A stretch of DNA of 64,000 nucleotides from Eledone cirrhosa. Its lineage: Eukaryota. Under the pieces are notes generated by a model that saw only the letters and a program-made list of their open reading frames with translations, did not search any database and was not told the DNA's origin. Each line of letters begins with the position of its first letter. Position 1 is the stretch's first letter. The position numbers and the translations under genes are program-made. This document shows, piece by piece, positions 1 to 14,140 of the stretch. The DNA is taken from contig OZ024759.1 of the NCBI GenBank assembly GCA_964016885.1, positions 4,526,001 through 4,590,000 of the forward strand. The letters are read 5' to 3'.

Positions 1-217
1 ACTCTACTGCCCCTGCTACTCACATCTTCCTCATGATGAACATTTAACATTCACTTCCCCTGTAACCAAGAGTGGGATGTGTCAACAGAGACCGACTCAG
101 AACTTAATCGGAGCTACTGACCTCTCAGATGTTACTGGATACATTTCATCATGACTGAAGAGGACATTCATCCATTTGTCTGGTAGATTTTCTAAAGAAA
201 TAGAACTACAAAAGAGC

Positions 218-1765
218 ACACACGTGTCTGACAGGTGCTACCTTATAACCAGGACCACACCATCTACTGTAACACACCTGTCTGACAGATGATACCTTAT
301 AACCAGGACCACACCATCTACTGTAACACACCTGTCTGACAGGTGCTACCTTATAACCAGGACTACACTATCTACTGTAACACACTTGTCTGATAGATGA
401 TACCTTATAACCAGGACCACACCATCTACTGTAACACACCTGTCTGACAGCTGCTACCTTATAACCAGGACCACACCATCTACTGTAACACAACTGTCTG
501 ACAGGTACTACCATATAACCAGGACCACACCATCTACTGTAACACACCTGTCTGACAGCTGCTACCTTATAACCAGGACCACACCATCTACTGTAACACA
601 ACTGTCTGACAGGTGCTACCTTATAACCAGGACCACACCATCTACTGTAACACACCTGTCTGACAGGTGCTACCTTATAACCAGGATCACACCATCTACT
701 GTAACACACCTGTCTGACAGCTGCTACCATATAACCAGGACCACACCATCTACTGTAACACACCTGTCTGACAGGTGCTACATTATAACCAGGACCACAC
801 CATCTACTGTAACACACGTGTCTGACAGGTGCTACCTTATAACCAGGACCACACCATCTACTGTAACACACCTGTCTGACAGGTGCTACTTTATAACCAG
901 GACCACACCATCTACTGTAACACACCTGTCTGACAGCTGCTACCTTATAACCAGGACCACACCATCTACTGTAACACACCTGTCTGACAGGTGCTACCTT
1001 ATAACCAGGACTTCACCATCTACTGTAACACACCTGTCTGACAGGTGCTACCTTATAACCAGGACCACACCATCTACTGTAACACACCTGTCTGATAGAT
1101 GATACCTTATAACCAGGATCACACCATCTACTGTAACACACGTGTCTGACAGGTGCTACCTTATAACCAGGACCACACCATCTACTGTAACACACCTGTC
1201 TGACAGGTGCTACCTTATAACCAGGACCACACCATCTACTGTAACACACCTGTCTGACAGGTGCTACCTTATAACCAGGACTTCACCATCTACTGTAACA
1301 CACCTGTCTGACAGGTGCTACTTTATAACCAGGACCACACCATCTACTGTAACACACCTGTCTGACAGCTGCTACCTTATAACCAGGACCACACCATCTA
1401 CTGTAACACACCTGTCTGACAGGTGCTACCTTATAACCAGGACTTCACCATCTACTGTAACATACCTGTCTGACAGGTGCTACCTTATAACCAGGACCAC
1501 ACCATCTACTGTAACACACCTGTCTGATAGATGATACCTTATAACCAGGATCACACCATCTACTGTAACACACTTGTCTGACAGCTGCTACCTTATAACC
1601 AGGACCACACCATCTACTGTAACACACCTGTCTGACAGGTGCTACCTTATAACCAGGACTTCACCATCTACTGTAACACACTTGTCTGACAGGTGCTACC
1701 TTATAACCAGGCCACACCATGTACTGTAACACACCTGTCTGATAGATGATACCTTATAACCAGGA
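218..1765. repeat. 54-bp minisatellite, about 28 copies, derived from the EGF exon 3' half
   Basis: Unit ctgtctgacaggtgctaccttataaccaggaccacaccatctactgtaacacac; explains the 18-aa periodic ORFs. Confidence 0.95.
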
Positions 1766-1853
1766 ACACACCTTCCACTGGAACACACACCTGTCTCTGT
1801 CTTACACCTACTATCATCTTGACTAAATATATTAAGTAGCAAACAAAGCTTAC

Positions 1854-1991
1854 CTGTCTGACAGTTGCTACCTTCATAACCAGCAGTACATCCTCCTCTA
1901 GAACACACACCTGTCTGTTTGTTACATTTACTGTTGTCAACACAGTGACATGTGTTGCCACAGTTGGCTCCAAATTTTCCATTTCTACAGA
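1854..1991 (-). CDS. EGF-like cassette exon
   Basis: ccacag/gtaagc, 138 nt: [45 protein letters not shown]. Confidence 0.82.
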
Positions 1992-2239
1992 CTGTGGAAA
2001 TAAAAATATGAGAACAATGACAATAACAACAACATATAACACTATACAAGATAATGCTTTCTGATTTAGGCACAAGGCCAGCAATTTTAGGGGAGGAGAA
2101 AATCAATTAAATCGACCCCAGTGTGTGACTGGTACTTCATTTTATCAACCCTGTTGGGATGAAAGGGATAGCTACCACAATTCTATCATCTATATTATAG
2201 CGTTGTCATCTATACTATATCTATATCATCTGAACTATA

Positions 2240-4790
2240 TTTGTATCATCTTAATTTCCATGTTTCTAACACCCATGGATATGCCTACAAAGTCAGAAAA
2301 CAGCACAGCTCCCATGACTTTCGGAAACATTTTTTCAAGCTCCGAGTTGCTGAAGCATGGAACAAACTACCTGCATCAGTTGTTAGCTGTCGAGACACTA
2401 CATCCTTTAAAACCTCCATGGAACAAACTACCTGCATCAGTTGTTAGCTGTCGAGACACTACATCCTTTAAAACCTCCATGGAACAAACTACTTGGATCA
2501 GTTGTTCGCTGTCGAGACACTACATCCTTTAAAACCTCCATGGAACAAACTACCTGCATCAGTTGTTAGCTGTCGAGACACTGCATCCTTTAAAACCTCC
2601 ATGGAACAAACTACCTGCATCAGTTGTTAGCTGTCGAGACAGTACATCCTCTAAAACCTCCATGGAACAAACTACCTGCATCAGTTGTTAGCTGTCGAGA
2701 CACATCCTTTAAAACCTCCATGGAACAAACTACCTGCATCAGTTGTTAGCTGTCTAGACACTACATCCTTTAAAACCTCCATGGAACAAACTACCTGCAT
2801 CAGTTGTTAGCTGTCGAGACACTACATCCTTTAAAACCTCCATGGAACAAACTACCTGCATCAGTTGTTAGCTGTCGAGACACTGCATCCTTTAAAACCT
2901 CCATGGAACAAACTACCTGCATCAGTTGTTAGCTGTCGAGACACTACATCCTTTAAAACCTCCATGGAACAAACTACCTGCATCAGTTGTTAGCTGTCGA
3001 GACACTACATCCTTTAAAACCTCCATGGAACAAACTACTTGCATCAGTTGTTAGCTGTTGAGACACTACATCCTTTAAAACCTCCATGGAACAAACTACC
3101 TGCATCAGTTGTTAGCTGTCGAGACACATCCTTTAAAACCTCCATGGAACAAACTACTTGCATCAGTTGTTAGCTGTCGAGACACTACATCCTTTAAAAC
3201 CTCCATGGAACAAACTACCTGCATTAGTTGTTAGCTGTCGAGACACTATATCCTTTAAAACCTCCATGGAACAAACTACCTGCATCAGTTGTTAGCTGTC
3301 GAGACACTGCATCCTTTAAAACCTCCATGGAACAAACTACCTGCATCAGTTGTTAGCTGTCGAGACACATCCTTTAAAACCTCCATGGAACAAACTACTT
3401 GCATCAGTTGTTAGCTGTCGAGACACTACATCCTTTAAAACCTCCATGGAACAAACTACCTGCATTAGTTGTTAGCTGTCGAGACACTACATCCTTTAAA
3501 ACCTCCATGGAAGAAACTACCTGCATCAGTTGTTAGCTGTCGAAATACTACATCCTTTAAAACCTCCATGGAACAAACTACTTGCATCAGTTGTTAGCTG
3601 TCGAGGCACTACATCCTTTAAAACCTCCATGGAACAAACTACCTGCATTAGTTGTTAGCTGTCGAGACACTACATCCTTTAAAACCTCCATGGAACAAAC
3701 TACCTGCATCAGTTGTTAGCTGTCGAGACACTACATCCTTTAAAACCTCCATGGAACAAACTACCTGCATCAGTTGTTAGCTGTCGAGATACATCCTTTA
3801 AAACCTCCATGGAACAAACTACTTGCATCAGTTGTTAGCTGTTGAGACACTACATCCTTTAAAACCTCCATGGAACAAACTACCTGCATCAGTTGTTAGC
3901 TGTCGAGACACTACATCCTTTAAAACCTCCATGGAACAAACTACTTGCATCAGTTGTTAGCTGTTGAGACACTACATCCTTTAAAACCTCCATGGAACAA
4001 ACTACTTGCATCAGTTGTTAGCTGTCGAGACACTACATCCTTTAAAACCTCCATGGAACAAACTTCCTGCATCAGTTGTTAGCTGCCGAGACACTGCATC
4101 CTTTAAAACCTCCATGGAACAAACTCCCTGAATCAGTTGTTAGCTGTCGAGACACATCCTTTAAAACCTCCATGGAACAAACTCCCTGCATCAGTTGTTA
4201 GCTGCCGAGACACTGCATCCTTTAAAACCTCCATGGAACAAACTCCCTGAATCAGTTGTTAGCTGTCGAGACACATCCTTTAAAACCTCCATGGAACAAA
4301 CTCCCTGCATCAGTTGTTAGCTGTCGAGACACTACATCCTTTACAACCTCCATGGAACAAGCTCCCTGCATCAGTTGTTAGCTGTCGAGACACTACATCC
4401 TTTACAACCTCCATGGAACAAACTACCTGCATCAGTTGTTAGCTGTCGAGACACATCCTTTACAACCTCCATGGAACAAACTACCTGCATCAGTTGTTAG
4501 CTGTCGAGACACTACATCCTTTACAACCTCCATGGAACAAACTCCCTGCATCAGTTGTTAGCTGTCGAGACACTACATCCTTTAAAACCTCTATGCTTCC
4601 TGAGATTCGTCAACGCTGCACCTGATGTCCCCCCCTTCCATACACACGCACACATGTATTTCATGACTCATACACTGTTCCTTTTCTTGACATTTAAACA
4701 TTATTCTATGTACTATACATGCACCTTTGATGAGTTGTAGTGCACCTGAGCATTGTACACAATAATTTCATTATTATATTATTTTATACT
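2240..4790 (+). mobile_element. CR1/L2-like LINE 3' fragment split by a tandem array
   Basis: THGYAYKVRKQHSSHDFRKHFFKLRVAEAWNKLPASVV...SFK resembles the CR1-group ORF2 C-terminus; UTR-like sequence and ATT-rich tail follow the array. Confidence 0.7.
2356..4591. repeat. 61-bp minisatellite, about 37 copies (some 58-bp variants)
   Basis: Unit catggaacaaactacctgcatcagttgttagctgtcgagacactacatcctttaaaacctc. Confidence 0.95.
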
Positions 4791-4954
4791 CCAGTGGTAT
4801 GACCTAAACTATATATAATCCATACTATATCTATACAATCTATATGATTTCCGTAACATCGATATTATGTCTATATACTTGCCGATTCTCTACACTCCAT
4901 ACCAATGTTATACTATATATTCATGTGGCTATGATATCCCCTTTATATTGTAAG

Positions 4955-5288
4955 CACATAGCTTAGTAGTTAGAGCATTGGCCTTGCAATCGAAAGGTTG
5001 TGAGTTCAATTCTCAGACCGGGTGATGTGTTGTTTCCTTGAGCAGGACACTTTATTTCACATTGCTCCAGTTTACTCAGTTGTAGAAATGTGATGATAGG
5101 GACTGGAGTCCATTACATTCCACTGCAAAGTGGTCCTGGAGGTGCCACGGCAAAAAACACCCAATATTCACTGTAAATGAGGTTGGTGTTAGGAGGGGCA
5201 TCCAGCTGTAGAAATCAAGCCAGAATCAGTTTCCGTCCCACCCTTGTAAGCAGGGAAAAGCAGACGTAAAATGATGATGATGATGATT
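4955..5288 (+). mobile_element. tRNA-derived SINE family A (other copies near 13005, 15888, 17005-17322 minus, 33537, 43380, 45724, 57625)
   Basis: A-box/B-box-like head (gcttagtagttagagc...gagttcaattc), conserved tccttgagcaagacacttt core, (GAT)n tail shared with the RTE elements. Confidence 0.8.
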
Positions 5289-5464
5289 GTAACTCCAAAA
5301 CAGTTTAAATCTACCTGTCTCACAGGTGTTACCTTCATAACCAGCACTACACCCTCCACTAAAACACACACCTGTCTCTGTGTTACACCTAGCTGTGTGT
5401 TACACCTATTGTCATCTTGACTCAATATATCATGTTAGAAACAAAGCTATACTACACCACTTAC

Positions 5465-5602
5465 CTGTCTGACAGTTGCTACCTTCAGAACCAGCAGTAC
5501 ATCCTCCACTAGAACACACACCTGTCTGTTTGTTACACCTGTTATTATCAGCACAGTGGCATGTGTGTTTACAGTTAGCTCCAAATTTACCAATGTCACA
5601 GG
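5465..5602 (-). CDS. EGF-like cassette exon
   Basis: ttacag/gtaagt, 138 nt: CDIGKFGANCKHTCHCADNNRCNKQTGVCSSGGCTAGSEGSNCQT. Confidence 0.82.
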
Positions 5603-5874
5603 CTGTAATATGAAATGTAATGTAAACAGTTTGAACAATTTCAAGATATAATATTTACAATTATTAACCTTTTTGATATCAAAATACCTGACACCGATTA
5701 ACTGTTTTACTCTATATATTTATCTAAAAACTTCCCACTATAGTGTTATGTAAGAACTTTTGTTAGGTTATGTTCCATCCAAAATATTAGTGATGAAAAT
5801 CTCAGTTATATAACTATAGCCCTTCAAATTCTTCATTATATAAAAATTTGTTTAAAATCGTATGCAATATATTT

Positions 5875-8800
5875 CTTTAGTAATATGGTAATGAAAGGAT
5901 TAATGACATAGACAGTGTCTTTAAGTAGAAATATGGTAATGAAATGGTTAATGATATAGACAGTGTCTTTAAGTAGAGATATGGTAATGAAGGGATTAAT
6001 GACATAGACAGTGTCTTTAAGTAGAGATATGTAATGAAAGGTTTAATGACATAGACAGTGTCTTTAAGTAGAAATATGGTAATGAAAGGGTTAATGATAT
6101 AGACAGTGTCTTTAAGTAGAAATATGTAACGAAAGGATTAATGACATAGACAGTGTCTTTAAGTAGAGATATGTAATGAAAGGGTTAATGACATAGACAG
6201 TGTCTTTAAGTAGAGATATGGTAATGAAAGGGTTAATGACATAGACAGTGTCTTTAAGTAGAAATATGGTAATGAAAGGGTTAATGATATAGGTAGTGTC
6301 TTTAAGTAGAAATATGGTAATGAAAGGTTTAATGACATAGACGGTGTATTTAAGTAGAGATATGTAATGAAAGGTTTAATGACATAGACAGTGTCTTTAA
6401 GTAGAGATATGTAATGAAAGGATTAATGACATAGACGGTGTCTTTAAGTAGAGATATGTAATGAAAGGGTTAATGACATAGACAGTGTCTTTAAGTAGAA
6501 ATATGTAATGAAAGGATTAATGACATAGACGGTGTCTTTAAGTAGAGATATGTAATGAAAGGGTTAATGACATAGACAGTGTCTTTAAGTAGAAATATGG
6601 TAATGAAAGGGTTAATGACATAGACAGTGTCTTTAAGTAGAGATATGTAATGAAAGGGTTAATGACATAGACAGTGTCTTTAAGTAGAAATATGGCAATG
6701 AAAGGGTTAATGACGTAGACAGTGTCTTTAAGTAGAGATATGTAATGAAAGGGTTAATGACATAGACAGTGTCTTTAAGTAGAAATATGGTAATGAAAGG
6801 GTTAATGACATAGACAGTGTCTTTAAGTAGAGATATGTAATGAAAGGTTTAATGACATAGACAGTGTCTTTAAGTAGAGATATGTAATGAAAGTTTTAAT
6901 GACATGTCTTTAAGTAGAAATATGGTAATGAAAGAGTTAATGACATAGACAGTGTCTTTCATTAGAAATATGGTAATGAAAGGGTTAATGATATAGACAG
7001 TGTCTTTCATTAGAAATATGGTAATGAAAGGGTTAATGATATAGACAGTGTCTTTCATTAGAAATATGGTAATGAAGGGGTTAATGACATAGACTGTGTC
7101 TTTCATTAGAAATATGGTAATTAAAGGGTTAATGACATAGACAGTGTCTTTCATTAGAAATATGGTAATGAAAGGGTTAATCACATAGACGGTGTCTTTA
7201 AGTAGAGATATGTAATGAAAGGGTTAATGATATAGACAGTGTCTTTAAGTAGAGATATGTAATGAAAGGGTTAATGATATAGACAGTGTCTTTAAGTAGA
7301 GATATGGTAATGAAAGGGTTAATGACATAGACAGTGTCTTTAAGTAGAGATATGTAATGAAAGGATTAATGACATAGACGGTGTCTTTAAGTAGAGATAT
7401 GTAATGAAAGGGTTAATGATATAGACAGTGTCTTTAAGTAGAGATATGGTAATGAAAGGGTTAATGACATAGACAGTGTCTTTAAGTAGAGATATGTAAT
7501 GAAAGGGTTAATGACATAGACAGTGTCTTTAAGTAGAGATATGTAATGAAAGGTTTAATGATATAGACAGTGTCTTTAAGTAGAAATATGGTAATGAAAG
7601 GGTTAATGACATAGACAGTGTCTTTAAGTAGAGATATGTAATGAAAGTTTTAATGACATGTCTTTAAGTAGAAATATGGTAATGAAAGAGTTAATGACAT
7701 AGACAGTGTCTTTCATTAGAAATATGGTAATGAAAGGGTTAATGATATAGACAGTGTCTTTCATTAGAAATATGGTAATGAAAGGGGTAATGACATAGAC
7801 AGTGTCTTTAAGTAGAAATATGGTAATGAAAGGATTAATGACATAGACAGTGTCTTTCATTAGAAATATGGTAATGAAAGATTATATGATATAGACAGTG
7901 TCTTTAAGTAGAGATATGGTAATGAAAGGATTAATGACATAGACAGTGTCTTTAAGTAGAAACTTGGTAATGAAAAGTTTAATGACATAGAGTCTATGTC
8001 ATTAAGCCTTAATCCAAATATTCAATTACTTTCAATCAAGAAACAAATGCAAATATCCGACTAACTTGAATTTTCCCTCGGATTTTAAAATTATTTTACG
8101 TATTTTTTCTATATTAGTTTTTTGAACTTAATATTATTATTTTTCTATTGTATTTCTTTATAATTATGTGAAGGCAAAAATATTTTATATTGTAACTTTT
8201 TATGTTAAATAATAAATGACTATAAAACTATACAAATTTTATATACTATATATTATAATAATTTCACAAAAGTCGCATTTATAGGTATATCAACTTATGC
8301 GGCCTCCTTTATTACTGCCTAATTTAAATGTGGCCTCTAATGGTAAAAAGGTTCCTCTCCTCTGACATAGACAGTGTCTTTCATTAGAAATATGGTAATG
8401 AAAGGGTTAATGACATAGACAGTGTCTTTAAGTAGAGATATGTAATGAAAGGGTTAATGATATAGACAGTGTCTTTAAGTAGAAATATGGTAATGAAAGG
8501 GTTAATGACATAGACAGTGTCTTTAAGTAGAGATATGTAATGAAAGTTTTAATGACATGTCTTTAAGTAGAAATATGGTAATGAAAGAGTTAATGACATA
8601 GACAGTGTCTTTCATTAGAAATATGGTAATGAAAGGGTTAATGATATAGACAGTGTCTTTCATTAGAAATATGGTAATGAAAGGGTTAATGATATAGACA
8701 GTGTCTTTCATTAGAAATATGGTAATGAAGGGGTTAATGACATAGACTGTGTCTTTCATTAGAAATATGGTAATTAAAGGGTTAATGACATAGACAGTGT

Positions 8801-9786
8801 CTTTCATTAGAAATATGGTAATGAAAGGGTTAATCACATAGACGGTGTCTTTAAGTAGAGATATGTAATGAAAGGGTTAATGATATAGACAGTGTCTTTA
8901 AGTAGAGATATGTAATGAAAGGGTTAATGATATAGACAGTGTCTTTAAGTAGAGATATGGTAATGAAAGGGTTAATGACATAGACAGTGTCTTTAAGTAG
9001 AGATATGTAATGAAAGGATTAATGACATAGACGGTGTCTTTAAGTAGAGATATGTAATGAAAGGGTTAATGATATAGACAGTGTCTTTAAGTAGAGATAT
9101 GGTAATGAAAGGGTTAATGACATAGACAGTGTCTTTCATTAGAAATATGGTAATGAAAGATTAAATGATATAGACAGTGTCTTTAAGTAGAGATATGGTA
9201 ATGAAAGGATTAATGACATAGACAGTGTCTTTAAGTAGAAACTTGGTAATGAAAAGTTTAATGACATAGAGTCTATGTCATTAAACCTTAATCCAAATAT
9301 TCAATTACTTTCAAGCAAGAAACAAATGCAAATATCCGATTAACTTGAATTTTCCCTCGGATTTTAAAATTATTTTACGTATTTTTTCTATATTAGTTTT
9401 TTGAACTTAATATTATTATTTTTCTATTGTATTTCTTTATAATTATGTGAAGGCAAAAATATTTTATATTGTAACTTTTTATGTTAAATAATAAATGACT
9501 ATAAAACTATACAAATTTTATATACTATATATTATAATAATTTCACAAAAGTCGCATTTATAGGTATATCAACTTATGCGGCCTCCTTTATTACTGCCTA
9601 ATTTAAATGTGGCCTCTAAAGGTAAAAAGGTTCCTCTCCTCTGACATAGACAGTGTCTTTCATTAGAAATATGGTAATGAAAGGGTTAATGACATAGACA
9701 GTGTCTTTCATTAGAAATATAGTAATGAAAGGGTTAATGACATAGACAGTGTCTTTTATTAGAAATGTGGTAATGAAAGGGTTAAT
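5875..9786. repeat. 47/48-bp minisatellite, interrupted twice by the same ~370-bp AT-rich insert
   Basis: Unit tgacatagacagtgtctttcattagaaatatggtaatgaaagggttaa; inserts at about 7990-8364 and 9270-9643. Confidence 0.95.
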
Positions 9787-9801
9787 TACTACACCATATA
9801 C

Positions 9802-9939
9802 CTGTATGACAGTTGCTACCTTCATAACCAGCAGCACATCCTCCACTAGAACACACACCTGTCTGTTTGTTACATTTACTGTTGTCAGCACAGTGACATG
9901 TGTTGCCACAGTTGGCTCCAAATTTACCTGATTTACAGA
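9802..9939 (-). CDS. EGF-like cassette exon
   Basis: ttccag acceptor, weaker gtatat donor, 138 nt: [45 protein letters not shown]. Confidence 0.78.
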
Positions 9940-10047
9940 CTGGAAATAAAATATGAGAACAATGACAATTATAACAACATTTACACTATACAAGATAATA
10001 AATATCACAATATTATATCATCTATATTATAGTGTTGTCATCTATAC

Positions 10048-12888
10048 CAGAGGTCGGCATCCTTTTGGGGCGTGCGGGCCACATTGCTATGGAGTGTCAC
10101 ACAGGCAGGCCACATTTCTATGCAGTGTCTCACTGGCAGGCCACATCGTTACGAAGTGTCTTGTCAGTTGCTCACATTGTTATACAGTGTCTTGTCAGCA
10201 GGCCACATAGCTATGGAGTGTCTTGTCAGCAGGCCACATAGCTATGGAGTGTCTTGTCAGCAGGCCACATAGCTATGGAGTGCCTTGTCAGCAGGCCACA
10301 TAGCTGTACAGTGTCTTGTCAGCAGGCCACATAGCTATGCAGTGTCTTGTCAGCAGGCCACATTTCTATAGAGTGTCTTGTCAGCAGGCCACATAGCTAT
10401 GGAGTGTCTTGTCAGCAGGCCACATTGTTACGAAGTGTCTTGTCAGTTGCTCACATTGCAATACAGTGTCTTGTCAGCAGGCCACATAGCTATGGAGTGT
10501 CTCACCAGCAGGCCACATTGCTATACAGTGTCTTGTCAGCAGGCCACATAGCTATACAGTGTCTTGTCAGCAGGCCATATTGCTATGGAGTGTCTCACGA
10601 GCAGGCCACATAGCTATGGAGTGTCTTGTCAGCAGGCCACATTGCTATAGAGTGTCTTGTCAGCAGGCCACATAGCTATGGAGTGTCTCACCAGCAGGCC
10701 ACATTGCTATGCAGTGTCTCACCAGCAGGCCACATAGCTATGCAGTGTCTCACCAGCAGGCCACATAGCTATGCAGTGTCTCACCAGCAGGCCACATTGC
10801 TATGCAGTGTCTTGTCAGCAGGCCATATTGCTATGTAGTGTCTCACCAGCAGGCCACATAGCTATGTAGTGTCTCGTCAGCAGGCCACATAGCTATGGAG
10901 TGTCTTGTCGGCAGACCACATAGCTATGCAGTGTCTCACTAGCAGGCCACATAGCTATGCAGTGTCTCACCAGCAGGCCACATTGCTATGTAGTGTCTCA
11001 CCAGCAGGCCACATTGCTATGTAGTGTCTCACCAGCAGCCACATTGCTATGTAGTGTCTTGTCAGCAGGCCACATAGCTATGTAGTGTCTCGTCAACAGG
11101 CCACATAGCTATGTAGTGTCTCACCAGCAGGCCACATTGCTATGTAGTGTCTCACCAGCAGGCCACATTGCTATGTAGTGTCTCACCAGCAGGCCACATT
11201 GCTATGTAGTGTCTTGTCAGCAGGCCACATAGCTATGTAGTGTCTCGTCAGCAGGCCACATAGCTATGGAGTGTCTTGTCGGCAGGCCACATAGCTATGG
11301 AGTGTCTCACCAGCAGGCCACATAGCTATGGAGTATCTCACCAGCAGGCCACATTGTTACGAAGTGTCTTGTCAGTTGCTCACATTGCAATACAGTGTCT
11401 TGTCAGCAGGCCACATAGCTATGGAGTGTCTTGTCAGCAGGCCACATAGCTATGGAGTGTCTCACCAGCAGGCCACATTGCTATACAGTGTCTTGTCAGC
11501 AGGCCACATAGCTATGGAGTGTCTTGTCAGCAGGCCACATAGCTATGGAGTGTCTCACCAGCACGCCACATTGCTATACAGTGTCTTGTTAGCAGGCCAC
11601 ATAGCTATACAGTGTCTTGTCAGCAGGCCATATTGCTATGGAGTGTCTCACCAGCAGGCCACATAGCTATGTAGTGTCTTGTCAGCAGGCCACATAGCTA
11701 TGGAGTGTCTCACCAGCAGGCCACATTGCTATGTAGTGTCTCACCAGCAGGCCACATAGCTATGCAGTGTCTCACCAGCAGGCCACATTGCTATGCAGTG
11801 TCTTGTCAGCAGGCCACATAGCTATGCAGTGTCTCACCAGCAGGCCACATAGCTATCTAGTGTCTCACCAGCAGGCCTCATAGCTATGTAGTGTCTCGTC
11901 AGCAGGCCACATAGCTATAGAGTGTCTCACCAGCAGGCCACATAGCTATGTAGTGTCTTGTCAGCAGGCCACATAGCTATGGAGTGTTTCACCAGCAGGC
12001 CACATAGCTATGTAGTGTCTCGTCAGCAGGCCACATAGCTATGCAGTGTCTTGTCAGCAGGCCACATTGCTATGTAGTGTCTCGTCAGCAGGCCACATTG
12101 CTATGTAGTGTCTCGTCAGCAGGACACATAGCTATGTAGTGTCTCGTCAGCAGGCCACATTGCTATGTAGTGTCTCGTCAGCAGGACACATAGCTATGGA
12201 GTGTCTCACCAGCAGGCCACATAGCTATGGAATGTCTCACCAGCAGGCCACATTGCTATGTAGTGTCTCGTTGGCAGGCCATGATATCAAATAAGTAATG
12301 AGAACATATGTAAAAAGAATGCAGTAATATAATAAAATACTCTGACAGTTTTAATAAACTCTGACAAAGCCATGACACCTGGCAGTGTATTTAAACCAGG
12401 GTTGCCATTTGTTCATTGAACATATTTACTTCTAATAATACTAAACACTTTTAACATAGAAAAATAAATAAACATTGATTATTATCAAATACAGTCCCTT
12501 ACAGATGTTTTACTAGGAGACAGCTAACTAAAATGAACAATTTTGAGGATGAAATGAAATAACTATGTCAGACATACTGACTTTTTTAGGTAAGTCTGGG
12601 TCATTTCACATCCCTGCCATACAGATACTATGTATGTACATATATACACGAATACACACACACAGTCCCTTTGACCTCGATGTCTGACTATTGTATCTCT
12701 CTGAGTTTGATTGTTTCTTACTGTCACATTAAAACATTACGTTCAGTTAAGTGAGTCTTGTGGTTAGACGTGTGCTCTAGTTGGTATTTTAATCCCAAAT
12801 AATTCGGAACAATTTTTAAGGGGATCGCTTAGTCTAAGATTAAAACCTGTCGGCAGGCCAGATGTGGCCAGGGATTTGATGACCCCTA
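10048..12888. mobile_element. hAT-like non-autonomous DNA transposon
   Basis: Ends cagaggtcggc...gatgaccccta; exact 8-bp TSD ATCTATAC at 10040-10047 and 12889-12896. Confidence 0.8.
10076..12282. repeat. 31-bp minisatellite, about 70 copies, inside the hAT element
   Basis: Unit gtgtcttgtcagcaggccacatagctatgga. Confidence 0.95.
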
Positions 12889-13252
12889 ATCTATACTATA
12901 GTGATATCAACTATTTTATATCTATATCATCTGTACTATATCCCTACAACCTATATTATATCTATAGCTATACTATATCTATTCCTCTATATTATATCTA
13001 TTGAAGGCGCAAGGATTAGTGGTAAGAGCGTCAGGCTTACAATCATAAAGTTGTGAGTTCGATGCCTGAATCTTGCTGTGTTTTGTGTTCTTGAACAACT
13101 CACTTTATTTCATGTTGCTCAAGATACTCTGCTATAGAAATGAGTTGTGATGTCAAACTTTCAATAAGAACACACACCTGTCTCTAAGTTACACCTGCTG
13201 TTGTTTTGTTTCAATATATTATGCTACAACAAAGTTATGCTACATCACTTAC

Positions 13253-14042
13253 CTTATTAGAAATATGGTAATGAAAGGGTTAATGACATAGACAGTGTCT
13301 TTCATTAGAAATATGGTAATGAAAGGGTTAATGACATAGACAGTGTCTTTCATTAGAAATATGGTAATGAAAGGGTTAATGACATATACAGTGTCTTTCA
13401 TTAGAAATATGGTAATGAAAGGGTTAATGACATAGACAGTGTCTTTCATTAGATATATGGTAATGAAAGGGTTAATGACATAGGCAGTGTCTTTCTTTAG
13501 AAATATGGTAATGAAAGGGTTAATGACATAGACAGTGTCTTTCATTAGAAATATGGTAATGAAATGGTTAATGACATATACAGTATCTTTCATTAGAAAT
13601 ATGGTAATGAAAGGGTTAATGACATATACAGTGTCCTTCATTAGAAATATGGTAATGAAAGGGTTAATGACATAGACAGTGTCTTTCATTAGAAATATGG
13701 TAATGAAAGGGTTAATGACATAGAGTGTCTTTCATTAGAAATATGGTAATGAAAGGGTTAATGACATATACAGTGTCCTTCATTAGAAATATGGTAATGA
13801 AAGGGTTAATGACATATACAGTGTCCTTCATTAGAAATATGGTAATGAAAGGGTTAATGACATAGACAGTGTCTTTAAGTAGAGATATGTAATGAAAGTT
13901 TTAATGACATGTCTTTAAGTAGAAATATGGTAATGAAAGAGTTAATGACATAGACAGTGTCTTTCATTAGAAATATGGTAATGAAAGGGTTAATGACATA
14001 TACAGTGTCTTTCATTAGAAATATGGTAATAGGAAGTTTAAT
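13253..14042. repeat. Second array of the 48-bp minisatellite
   Basis: Same unit as 5875-9786; both arrays start just downstream of an EGF-exon donor. Confidence 0.95.
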
Positions 14043-14057
14043 TACTATACTACTTAC

Positions 14058-14140
14058 CTCTCTGACAGTTGCTACCTTCATAACCAGCAGCACATCCTCC
14101 ACTAGAACATACACCTGTCTCTATGTTACACCTGATGTTG
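14058..14140 (-). pseudogene. Half-exon relic of the EGF cassette (similar relics near 1736-1822, 5315-5420, 13167-13205, 14195-14270, 16421-16472)
   Basis: [25 protein letters not shown] followed by gtaagt; 5' half and proper acceptor missing. Confidence 0.7.

Noticed and set aside
155-205. CTGAAGA...GAAAT as another hammerhead
   Set aside because: No stem III, NUH or stem I pairing.
368-1627. Cys/Trp-rich repeat ORFs as a toxin- or keratin-like gene
   Set aside because: Frameshifted exon-derived minisatellite with scattered stops.
4955-5030. tRNA-like sequences
   Set aside because: SINE heads; no acceptor stem and followed by the SINE body.
218-13700. Regular repeats resembling CRISPR arrays
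   Set aside because: Head-to-tail units with no unique spacers, no cas genes, eukaryotic context.
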